Shown: piece after piece, positions 15,001-25,805 of the stretch
Numbering within the stretch: the stretch's first letter is position 1
Layout: each line of letters starts with the position of its first letter
Assembly (NCBI RefSeq): GCF_002113885.1
Contig: NW_018480037.1
Coordinates: 186,001-250,000, forward strand
Length of the DNA: 64,000 nt
Direction of reading: 5' to 3'
From: Mizuhopecten yessoensis
Taxonomy: Eukaryota
Translations under genes and position numbers: made by a program
Notes under the pieces: generated by a model
Told to the model about the DNA's origin: nothing
The model's database searches: none
Seen by the model: the letters and a program-made list of their open reading frames with translations, nothing else

Positions 15001-18000
15001 TCATCCGAACTGACTGATATTCCAAAGATAACAACCTTACAAAGAAATAATGTATACAAAACCTTTTATTTACTGCAGTTATTTTATGAGTCTTAAAAGA
15101 AATCTGGAAATGTTTCAGCACCAAGAAAAGTTATCAATGAAGTAGAGTATATAACATTAAATATACTTAAATACACATGCATAACTTACTGTCTGAGAAG
15201 TTGTCTACCCTGTCGCCAGGACACATTGCTGTTTGGTGTTATCACTTCTCCATCCATACTTTCATCTGTTTAAGAAATTTGAAAATTGGCATTATACTGG
15301 GTTACTAATTATATTCATACAATTATTTTTTTTATAATGAAAGCTATGGTACATAGGTAAAACCTTTTTTTCAAACCTTTTGTTTCAATATTCCCCATAA
15401 CTCAGGTCTGTCATGATTATTTCCTTTTATATCTCAAAAACCTGAAAATTACCTGGAAAATAAGTTATTGAATCATTTTATTCTGAATTATCATAACAGT
15501 GACTGAAATTTGGCACAGGTGCAATGCACATAGCAGTAAGCCTTCCAGTTGTGTTTTGTGTAAGTTATTTAGCTCTAATGTCACATGGACACAGGCTATA
15601 CACACAGATGTAGAATTTGCATTCGTATACATGATAATGTTATATCAAACATTTGTTTTTCTTTATTTATATGAAATCACCATTTACCACATATAGAGAA
15701 GTGCACATAACAGAACTGACATTTAAAGGAAACTAGAAGTGAAACAATTTAATCTAACAGTGTCATTCCTTTCCTTTGTATAATCAGTTTAATTATCTTT
15801 AGTTTAAAATACTGTATGATCAGTTGATCATCTTTTCAAAACACAAGAGTTTTTTTCAAAGTGTCATAAAATCTTTAAACTAACTTTCTTGAATTTGGTA
15901 ATCATAAAATCTTTAAACTGACTTTCTTGAATTTGGTAATCATAAAATCTTTAAACTAACTTTCTTGAATTTGGTAAACATTAACATATTCATGAGTGTG
16001 GGGACCTTTGAAAAACCTATTTCTCACAAGTCGCAACAGCATTTATCAAAATACATATATATATATATATACTCAAACCTACCACAAACCCAACATTTAT
16101 GGTGAACCCTGAATTACAAAAATGCAATTCTTTGAGTGGTAACAGTTCACATAAAGGTTATTAATTGTATCTCAATCAGTCACAACATCCCCAACAGATT
16201 AATCAGTCATGAGTTATTGGAATCAACGCAAGTTTATTCAATATCTCCAGAAAGAGAACAAATAAAGTAGGAAAATGGGGGAGAAATAATACATACATCT
16301 GAATGATTGCGACTCTTAGACACTTTGCAATGAACATAAATTCGAGCCAATATACATGTCAACCAAACCTTATGATTGTCCACCCAACCATTATGACTAG
16401 AGCTGTCACGATACACTTACCCACGATACGATACGTATCTCGATATTTGTACCACGATTTGATTATTTCGATTCGATACACCTTTATTTTAAAATATAAA
16501 CAAAATGTGGTATATAAGCCGTCGATACACGTAAAACCGCAGTGTTTCAACACTTTTTATTGCTTGCTGTAGCATCAGAAATTTTCATTTCCTTACGGCG
16601 GTCCGACATTTTGTTATAAATGCTTTGTGAAAATTGCATCCTCGTAGACGATTGGTTGAGGGTTTAGAGATTAGCCAATAAAATTGAACGTCTCACAGAT
16701 GTTTCGGCTGAAGCGGCAAACACTAATATTCAGATTGTGACGCATCGAAAATCGGGAAAAATATAGCGTGAATCAAATCGAACATAAATAATCGCGGTAC
16801 AAGTGCATCGCGGTGAATTGTGACACCTCTAGTTACGACACATACCTCATGTCACAAGATTGAGAGCTTATTATCTTAACTAACGACAATCTTTTTTATA
16901 CAAATTTACACTGATCTACCATTCACCTTTTCTATAAGAGCTTATTCTGTTTTATTACATATGATCACATGCATATTGTACCTTCATTTTTCCTGTCCAG
17001 AGATGGAGGTTTGAGGTCATCTTGATTCAAATCTGTGCCATATTTCAACTTGTGATATTTAGCTCTGGAAAAAATTAAACCAACATTTATGATATTCATC
17101 ACGGTCATAAACTAATTCAAATTTTATGTAGTTAGGTTAATGTAGAATATGCAAGTCAACAAAAGAAAATTTTATTGTCAAAGGGAAATACTATAATATT
17201 ACATTAACTTATTATTTATTCCATTGATATAATTTGGTTAATTTTCCACACCAGTATATTCACTGTTATAACAATATAAAGCACAAAGGTAGTATTCATG
17301 AAAATAGAAACCCTAATACGTATTTACATATGAATGAATACAACATGCAAATAAGATCATTATATAATCATATCTACCTTTCTTGCTTCAGTGCAAATTC
17401 CAACATTTTGATTCTGCGAACCAGATCTTGTTTCAAATTTTCCTGTCCCTTTCTTTCTCCTTGAAGAAATGCTATTCTTGCCTGCAAAAAACAAAAATTA
17501 TCATTATTTTAAAATAAAGAAATTGGTACGGTTTACATTTTTATTTATAATGTTGTCTACTCCAGAAAATCTCCAGTTGTTGACCATGCCAAATAGCCAT
17601 TACTCATAAATTCCTAGAGACTCGTAGATTCAGGTATGTTCATTCACTCTCCTTTTCACTGGGTGACAAAACTGAATAAAAGAGTAAAAATATGCCAACC
17701 TCATTCAAATCACATGACCATCATCCAAAGTGCATTAAAGCTAACAGGTATTATACGGATGAACCAATTTGACAATGACTTCAAATGATAACCAGGATGT
17801 TCAAAACAATTAAGGTCTTAGTTGTCCTAACATTTATATTTTTACATGTAAACTCGATGTTTCTGAAGGTGAATTAGAAGAATTACAGTGTATATGCATG
17901 ACCCCTTCATCTGGGCAATTTCTGCTGTATTAAATCAATGCAAAAATCACTTTCCAAAAGCATGCTTTCTGTAGGCAATATTCCCCCAAAATCAACAAGC

Positions 18001-19088
18001 ACAGGCCCCTGTATGAAATAAGATGAAAATTCTTGTGAATTATTTTTCATTCACTCTTTGTTGCATATTAATTATATAAGAATTTATGTTTATTTAATGT
18101 CAACAATTTAAATGTGGTATTAAACTCACAAAATGATAAAGTGGTCTACCTATGACACTTCAAAGCTATTTTTAATTATAATTAGGGAATATCAGATTAA
18201 TTTCTGAAAGGACCCCGATAGTTCCTCTTCACAATCATTAATATCAATTGTATCTGCATATGAAATCCAACAACATATATTCGATTTTGGTATAAGATGT
18301 CATTATTTTACTTTCTGTTGGTCAATATTTCACAAGTCATTACATTTTAAGAGGGAGTCAGGGTAGACATGTTTGATGCTACAAAATTCTCCCCTATCAC
18401 AATATCAACATTGTGTTAACATAAACTGGGTTCCTACAAAAGAATGCTACCAGTATTTATATTTTTCTGCAGACTGTCAATATGCATACTGACATTGCTG
18501 TGTAAACTCCATTCACAACAAAAATGACAATAAACCAATGATCTTAGGGTATTCTTTTCAAATCAATAAATGCTACTGTACATTGTATCTCTTTCTCGCA
18601 CGTACAATTAAATGGCGATGGGTTCACCCGGGAGAGGCACAAACAACTGTCACAACTCATCCTCTTTTCGGATTAGTGCGAAATGTCAAAATTATTTGGC
18701 CGCCATATTGAAATCAAATATGGCGACTGCTGAGACTGAACAATTTTACTGTTGTTGTACCCAAAAACTTTCATTTGATATGCTTATCACTTTAATCGAC
18801 ACACTCTTATAATGTGTAATGTTTATTTCACATAAATTTACGTGCAATATCTCTGTACAATAAAATAGCACGCATTTTCACCTGAAGTTCTGCCCGTTCC
18901 ACTTCCCACTGTGATCTCTCCATCTCGAATCGAGCCCATTCTGTCTGCAAAAAATGTAAAATTCCAGGCATAGAATACTGCGGCCGCTGCCCCAAATCAT
19001 CCTGTTGTTGTTTCGTCATCATTCCTATAGCCCCTGACAATGGGCCGACCTGCCCTCCGTGTTGAGACCCAGGACCCTCTTCGATCAT
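82..19088 (-). CDS. STRN3: Striatin family protein (STRN3/SG2NA-like STRIPAK scaffold, PP2A B''' subunit); 5' ten coding exons, gene continues beyond the left edge
   Basis: Minus-strand exons 18882-19088, 17378-17481, 16982-17064, 15190-15265, 14689-14862, 12311-12442, 9279-9354, 8816-8960, 7010-7102, 82-225. All have GT-AG ends and compatible phases (1234 nt, open frame). The translation contains the striatin N-terminal signature YSMPGILHFLQTEWARFEMERSQWEVERAELQARIAFLQGERKGQENLKQDLVRRIKMLEFALKQER, the calmodulin-binding region WRQGRQLLRQYLQEIGYTDTI, and STRN3-like segments EFNFLVAESDEGAGEARSHGDG and WDVDQQLISKLKEQYTKERKGKK. No WD40 repeats are in the window. Confidence 0.96.
1445..2653 (+). 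mobile_element. Non-autonomous Helentron/HINE (DINE-1/pearl-like) element, copy 1
   Basis: 5' AAACAAGAGGCCCATGGGCCT palindrome plus GGTCACCTGA. Internal ~324-bp tandem units. Degenerate GACG-type short repeats. 3' hairpin AGGTCACTTGAGA-CTTTG-TCTCAGGTGACCT followed by an A-run. Contains the N gap. Confidence 0.75.
1772..1965. other. Assembly gap (194 N)
   Basis: Run of N inside a tandem-repeat-containing element. Confidence 0.99.
5225..5790. repeat. Degenerate ~24-bp minisatellite with flanking duplicated CACCAGAGTAGGG blocks
   Basis: Recurrent GTTCACCCTATCTTAACATGAACA variants at 5370-5690. Confidence 0.8.
10389..11404. mobile_element. piggyBac-type non-autonomous DNA transposon (MITE), 1016 bp
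   Basis: Perfect 14-bp TIR CCCTTAGGCTGCTA / TAGCAGCCTAAGGG flanked by TTAA on both sides (10385-10388, 11405-11408). Subterminal direct repeat CCACTATTGTGGYGCGTAGCA occurs twice at the right end. No transposase ORF. Confidence 0.85.
12802..12899. repeat. ~49-bp tandem duplication
   Basis: TCACATGGTTTTGGGAAATGGA...GGTATGAAACAGAA occurs twice. Confidence 0.8.
13655..14322. repeat. ~130-bp tandem repeat, about 5 copies
   Basis: AGGGCTATTC recurs at ~13661, 13795, 13925, 14054 and 14191 with near-identical units. Confidence 0.92.
15864..15977. repeat. 38-bp tandem repeat x3
   Basis: TCATAAAATCTTTAAACTAACTTTCTTGAATTTGGTAA at 15864, 15902 and 15940. Confidence 0.92.
16398..16831. mobile_element. 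hAT-like MITE, 434 bp
   Basis: Imperfect TIR TAGAGCTGTCACGAT / ATTGTGACACCTCTA. The flanking 8-mers ATTATGAC / GTTACGAC match at 6/8 positions (decayed TSD). CGAT-rich subterminal repeats. Confidence 0.65.
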
Positions 19089-19333
19089 CTTACATGGTCG
19101 CCATTACAGTTTTTAAACCAACAGATGGCGCTGCAATGAAAATTACGTCAAAGAAATTTTTCACACGGGAGCTTTCTGGAGTTATTCATTCAAATTCACT
19201 CTATTGTAAATTCTTAAAGTTGTTCCGAACGAATAATAGATTCCACCCTTTTCCCCACAATAATAAAGGCAAATCACCATTTGGAAATGATTCATACTGT
19301 AACCTAATCATTGCATCAATACGATATGTAAGT
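19089..19333. promoter_or_regulatory. Probable bidirectional promoter STRN3/AP4S1, with a CTCF-like site and a candidate non-coding AP4S1 exon 1
   Basis: The region lies directly upstream of the STRN3 ATG (19088). It contains CCAACAGATGGCGCTG at 19118-19133 and TTACGTCA at ~19143. A plus-strand donor AT|GTAAGT at 19328 could splice to the acceptor at 21064. YY1-like GCCAT motifs lie nearby (18698-18726). Confidence 0.5.
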
Positions 19334-20353
19334 CCTTTGTTGTTTAATGTTTTCGCAAAATGCACATCATTCATATTTTGTTTGTTTCCGAGGGATATGA
19401 GCAACCTTCTTGCACATTGTTTGCTGAGGTGAAAATAGGCCTTGCAAGGGAACATGAGCCTGTCAGTGTCAGTCTGTTACATTATCTTCACATAAGTATC
19501 CTACGAAGCTGATATCACGAAAATAAACCCGGTTCATTTCAATTATTTGCCGAAACTAATTGTATATTTAATTTCAGAAAAAGCACGACATCCGAAGTTG
19601 TAATTTTCATTAAAATTTATTCATAGTGAAAATTCATGTTCGAGTTCTCTCCCCTCTTATGGTGAAGTTGGGTAGAGTCCCACCCTTTTTTCTATTTCAC
19701 AGATCATGAAAAGTTATATTTTTGCTAATTTATGTTATTTCCTCCATACTCATATGAAGCAATGAAAGGTTGCATGCCTTTTATGGAGTTTGAATAGTTG
19801 ATTTTTTTTCTTCTCCCAAATAATATTGATTTTGCAGAAATGGGTGATTATTTTATTGTTGGAAACACAATGGCAGTAATTTTGTAAAAAAAAAAAGTAT
19901 GATAAAGAAATTTCCTTTATATAACTCTTTACTTTGCTAAAGTAAAAGGGTGAGTAACTTCAAGAAAGCAAAATGGCAAAAATGGAACTCTTGAGAAACG
20001 TCATCCTTTTTTTGGTAGAAGTAAAAATCCCAGTTAGTCTGCCGTCACCTAATATAAGTACAATTAACAATAAATGTAATCATGAAACAATTATGACATC
20101 ATGGACAAATTTCACTTCATAGTGATTCTAAAAGACATGCTATATAAAATGTAAGTAATTGCCAATTTAAGTAATTCACTGTGTGTGTCCTTAACTTTGA
20201 CATAAATATATTCAATCAATATAACCACATAACATAATTAGATAATTCTATTTTTTATATGAATTATAGTTATATTACATTTCTAAGTAAAAGTATGTAC
20301 TAAATCATACCCTTGAATCTTAAACAGATTATATGTCCTATAACTAACTGAAG

Positions 20354-20947
20354 AAAGGACTATGTATGGTTTGGGCCTTTTTTGGCCCCAAAATCCATCA
20401 AAATTAAAGATCTACAATAGAACTTTCAAACGAATGTTTCTTATTTTGAATACTTCCCCAGTACTATTATGTAAATATTTATTTGTGTTTTTAATTTTAG
20501 CTGCCATGGTAACCAGGCCATATTTGCATAAATTATTGAAATTTGATTATTCAGTCAATTTTGACAGGTTTTCACCTAGTTTTTCTCTTAGCTACCATAG
20601 AGTGCACTCTTGAACAAGCTTTATATTTCTCCTAAATATGTATTACAGGTGCCTACACATTATCCTTTGATATTAAGTTTGTTCAAGCATGTGTTCTATA
20701 GTTTCTAGGAGAAAAACTATGCAAAATATCACAATTAATATGCACTGAATATTCAAATTTTTCTAATTTATGCAAATTTGAACTTGTTACCATGGCAACA
20801 ATAATTAGAAATATAGATAAATATTTTCATAATAGTATTTGGGAAGTATTCGAAATTAAAGAAACAGTAATTTTAAAGTTCATTTAAAGGTTTTGAATTT
20901 TGATGCATTTGGGGGCCAAAACAGGCCCAAACCATACATAGTCCTTT
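20354..20947. mobile_element. Palindromic (fold-back) MITE, possibly Kolobok-type
   Basis: Perfect terminal IR AAAGGACTATGTATGGTTTGGGCC / GGCCCAAACCATACATAGTCCTTT. Imperfect inverted symmetry continues for roughly 270 bp per arm. Confidence 0.75.
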
Positions 20948-21131
20948 ATTACATCACTCCAAACTACATTTGTCTGTATTTACTTTGTTGTTTGAGAAAC
21001 TGCAACGTCGTACCATAATTTCAAACTACTTCTTTTTTTTGTCGCCCTATATTTATATTTTCAGATAAATGCAGTCTAAGAAATGTAAACTGGGGTGAAG
21101 GATAAAGATAAGCATCATCTTCAAAGATATA

Positions 21132-23628
21132 ATGAAGTTCGTTTTGGTGGGAAACCGAATGGGAAAACTTCGGTTGTGCCGATTCTTTGGCAGTGACAGC
21201 CTGAAGTCACGGTCTATAAAAGAACAAGACGTGATAAGGTTGTGCTTGAAAGATCAGAAACAGGTATGGGAGAATTAATTTACATCCACCTTTTGTTTAC
21301 ACCTTTCAATTTAAGCCGTTTTCTGGTCAGAAGTTAATTGATTAATATATCTAAGCATTTCCACAATTCATACCAACTTAATGTAATTAGAATTTTTCTT
21401 TTAAAATAAGTTTTGTTCTGAAACAGATTTCATTTGTCATAAGTATTTCAGATGAATGTAGTACGTTCTCATGTAAAGGAAAGCCATACATTTTTTTACC
21501 ATTGTAAATGATCAATTGTTTAACTGCTCTTTCCCTTAAATTGAATGATTGCTTTACTTAATTGTTGGTTTTAGGAGGGGTTTGTCGAATACCAAGATAC
21601 TATGCTGATTTATAGACTCTACACAAATCTTATCTTTATTGCTGGCACATCATTGACTGAGGTAATGACTTTATCCTAAACCGAACTAAATACTAATAAG
21701 TCATGGAAACATATATGTATTGTTCTCACACAATTGTCAGCTAGTGTTCTCATTAAAAGCTGGTTGCCGGCAAAAATAGCCTGCTCTTCATCAATTAAAC
21801 CATCTGTTTATTCAGAATACACATACTGGGGGGGGGGGGACATATATATATATATAGGATATATAGGTCAAATTGTGAGATTTCAACTTGCTGTTCTTTT
21901 CAAGTCAACCAACTTAGCGAGAACACTGATTGTTCTTCTAGCTATTTGATTAGCACTGATATTAATACTAGGCCTCCTCTAACACAATATTATATCAAAA
22001 TTATCTCAATGTCTGAATTAAGCTACATATATTATGGTAGCTACCAGCCAATCTGCCATTTTGTCTTCCCACTCTTGTCTATCACCTCAGCCCTATCACC
22101 TTACCATTTTCAAACTTTCTTCCCCTCAATCCTATCCTGTCCAATGTATCCCTTTCAGTCCTTGCCTCTTTGCCTTTTTCTCCTCCACACCAAATACATT
22201 GAACTGGATGAGTATTTCTATTTCAACATTTTTTTGACAAGAACATTGGTTAAATGTCCAAAGGATTGGACAACAGACTCAAAAATGGATGAGTATATAT
22301 GTGATACTAAATCATAGTGTTGGAACATGGTGATAGAATGTATATTTCACTAAGTATTTTTTTCTTTTGTAAAGAAAAGAAAAATAATTTTAAAAAAATA
22401 CAACAGAGTTCTGAAATAACATGGTATAATAACCTTATTTTATAAAAGATGGAAGTATTTTACAAAATGTACACATGCTTTTGTACTTTTTGTTGCAGAA
22501 TGAACTAGCGGTGATGGAAGTCCTACAGAATTTTGTTGAAACAGTCATCAAGTATTTCGAACAAGTTGTGAGTACAACAAGAAAATATTCCTTCTGACGA
22601 AACACTTAATTATTTTGTATTAAAACATGAATTCAATTTGATAGTATGATGTTTATGTACTGTTCCATTTTATACCCCCAACAAAATATAGAGTATGTCA
22701 AGGTCAAGGTCCTCCTAACTGACTTTTGAATGACTGAATATTATTTCACTTACTACGATAATTAAGTAAGTCATATACTTAACACATGATCTGTACCACT
22801 TTGGACAATACTACTTCAAAAATGTCTATATTACCACTAAACATTATATGGTGAAACTTCACCATAGTTATGTGTATTTTAATTAGAAAGCATATTTAGG
22901 TGTTTAATATATGAACTACCTGTCATAATTGTATCAATTGTACAGTGTCTATGTATATCATCTGATAAAACAAAATATCATACCGTATATTACCCCTGTT
23001 ATTGCAAGTGATGTTGAAAGATGTAAATGTCATAACGACATAATGATAATTTATTCTAATTGAGTTGCCTTTTCTTGTTTCAGTCAGAGGAGGATGTATC
23101 CTTTTTAACATAATTGTACTATTTTGTTTTCTACATATGATACTAAAAAATGGTGCTTTTTGGCAACTTATAATTGTGTTCATAAGGACAGTTGGACAAA
23201 ATAGCTTTAAAATATGGTTTCACCGAGGATAACTTACCATATTTAATAACGAGTATGCATTAATTCCCAAGGAGATTTAATTGTGTTTTTGACCTGGCAA
23301 ATATTTGATGAAAATGTATCATAAAGAGCGCTCTATGTCTGATAATTTCATTTTGCCATTCAAAGTTTCAGCATTATATTGTTTAAATAGAAAAGAAAAA
23401 AGGGATAAAGCTCTTCACAGTTTCATTGAATTCTTGCTGGCACATTCAGATCATTCCAGGTAATACTGTTGTAATATTGTATATTTTTTCTTAACCTCCC
23501 AGTTTGTATATAATATGGACAAGATCCACATGATCCTTGATGAAATGGTGGTTTCTGGAGAAATAGCAGAGACCAATAAATCAAGAGCACTGCTCCCTCT
23601 CCAGCTTATGGATGCCACCAGGAGATAG
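21132..23628 (+). CDS. AP4S1: AP-4 complex subunit sigma-1-like (adaptor complex small chain), 141 aa, 5 coding exons
   Basis: Exons 21132-21263 (MKFVLVGNRMGKLRLCRFF...DQKQ), 21575-21661 (EGFVEYQDTMLIYRLYTNLIFIAGTSLTE), 22499-22567 (NELAVMEVLQNFVETVIKYFEQV), 23084-23095 (SEED), 23503-23628 (FVYNMDKIHMILDEMVVSGEIAETNKSRALLPLQLMDATRR*). All introns are phase 0. The sequence has clear sigma-adaptin motifs. Internal exon sizes of 87/69/12 nt and the position next to STRN3 match human AP4S1 as recalled. Not in the ORF track. Confidence 0.88.
23096..23502 (+). other. U12-type (minor spliceosome) GT-AG intron of AP4S1
   Basis: 5' end GTATCCTTTT at 23096. Branch-site-like TTTTCTTAAC ends at 23495, only 5 nt before the AG at 23501-23502, with no long polypyrimidine tract. 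Confidence 0.88.
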
Positions 23629-25805
23629 TGTTCACCAAGATCCATTTGTGTAAGATCTTAATTCCCATGTCAGATCTCTGCCTAAACCAATAGAAATAAG
23701 CTGTTTCTGGAGGAGTGTGACCTCACACAGCTATAGCTGCTAAAACCATCTAAAAGAAGCATGGTATCACAGATTCATAGAGTTGAAGCCATTCCAGGAG
23801 AGTTATGACCTCAGAGATGTAAAACTATTGAAGAAGAGTCTAGGTTTAACAAAGAATAGCTATTTCAGGAGAGATGTGACCTCACACACATTTTACATGA
23901 AGCATTCCTGTACTAAGGGTATTGAATTTGAAGAAAAAAAGTGTGAGACTTGACACAAGGTGCAAAGAGCGTGACCAAATAAGGAAAATTGATGTTAATC
24001 TTTAAAAGCTTTGAAAGACTGCTCCTTCATATAGGTTACCAGAGTTTGACTTGGTATTAAGTATCCCTGGGCAAGGGGAATTGGGTTTTATTTAGATCAT
24101 TGAAGTCTGCAGAAGACAGATGATTACCAACTAAGAGCCCAATAGAGGAAAAGAATATTATTTCCAAAAACACTACTTTTGAATGAAATGAATTCTATTT
24201 TGAATAAATAAAGATGGTGATTATCACCCGTCTGCCTCTGAGGTACAAGGATTGGGCCAAATAGAGGAAATAAGGATTTATCATCAAGAGACAATTGAAA
24301 AATATGACGAAATATTTTGATTTTATTTGCTATGACATATCCCATGTCCAAAATAAATCAATGTTATGTTGGGCCCATCCTCCCATCCGGGGCATAAGTT
24401 TTTAAAGTTTTTTAATGAACACTTCTGAAGAATAGGTTGACATGTTTTAACTTTTCCATATAGAATTACAGGAAAATGCACAATCATATTGCTGAATTAT
24501 TTGATACATGTACTAGCACATTTTCAGCTTTTAGATTTAATTTGTTCGTTAGGAATACATATCAGGACCCAGTTGTTCAAAAGGTGATTACCTTAATCAG
24601 TGTTAAGTGCAAATTTTATTTTTTTGTGTTTTTTAGCCGAGTATTTTTAAAACTCAGCCACAATATGAGTTCAAAAGTTCCAGATAGAAAATATTTAGTA
24701 GAGTAAAATTAGATGCAAAATTACAGGTTTTTACCTTGTATAATGACAAAAATATTAGAGGTTGAAAATGTCGTTAAACAGTGAATAAGTATAATGACCT
24801 GTTCTCTTGTTGTTTGTGTATTGTGTAGATACCTGTATGTATACCGTGATGATGACCGTGAAACTGGAGAAAAATCTAACTATATCACTTATATTTCCCA
24901 GTCACTTAACTTTGCTCATTCACGTTTCACTCATGTGTACTCTATAACTAATTGTAAGCATAATGAATGAGTTTGTGATTGATACTTTGACAGAATTATG
25001 GTATTATTGAATTTCGTCTTGAAATTAAAAGTCTGACTATGCCGTTTCTTCTTGAGAAAGTTGTATGTTCATCAGAGAAAGTTTCTTGGTGTGTGTTAAA
25101 AATTGGATAATTGAGAACTTGTGACAAAAATGTTGAGTTTCATTTTTAAGATTTAAACCATTTGTCTTGTTATGTCCTCTAGAAGTTATCTCCCTTAGAA
25201 CTGGTGCTTGTGTTTAAACCAAATGAAAATGATTTTGTGTGACACTAAAAAGAACCGTCTGGCTTAAGATTTATCAGACAAGGTCTTTGAATGGGGACAC
25301 GAGACACGAGACACTCGCCGTAACCTTCAAACCTGGTGTTGAAATAGGACTTTATGTGAAATGTGTATTCTGTTATAGGTTATTTGGCCTACCAGTGTTG
25401 AACACGTTTCATGTAGTTAGTTCAAGGTGCACAAACATTGTCATTTGCCACTTGTACCTGTTTTAAGCGGTTTGAATGTTTTGCACATATTTGTTTCCCT
25501 GATTACTGACTGACCTTGGATACAATTATCTTGATCAGTTGTTGCCAAATCATGCTGTAATGTTTAAGGTTTATTTAATGCATTTAATTTATGATGTTGA
25601 CAGTATTACTACCAATCTGTTTCAGATCATCCATACACTGAAACAGAGTATCTTCGACATTTAGAAAACAATATTATCCCTGACACATACAAACACACAT
25701 ACTCCTAAATCATTGACAGATTTAAATGTACTTATAATGGAGTTTTCAATTTCTACTGAAAGAATAATAATAAAAAAGAACTGTTGACATTAAACATTTA
25801 TTTAA

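Noticed and set aside
19496-19504. Second U12 donor (GTATCCTAC)
   Set aside because: It deviates from GTATCCTT, and no U12 branch site is evident before the 21064 acceptor.
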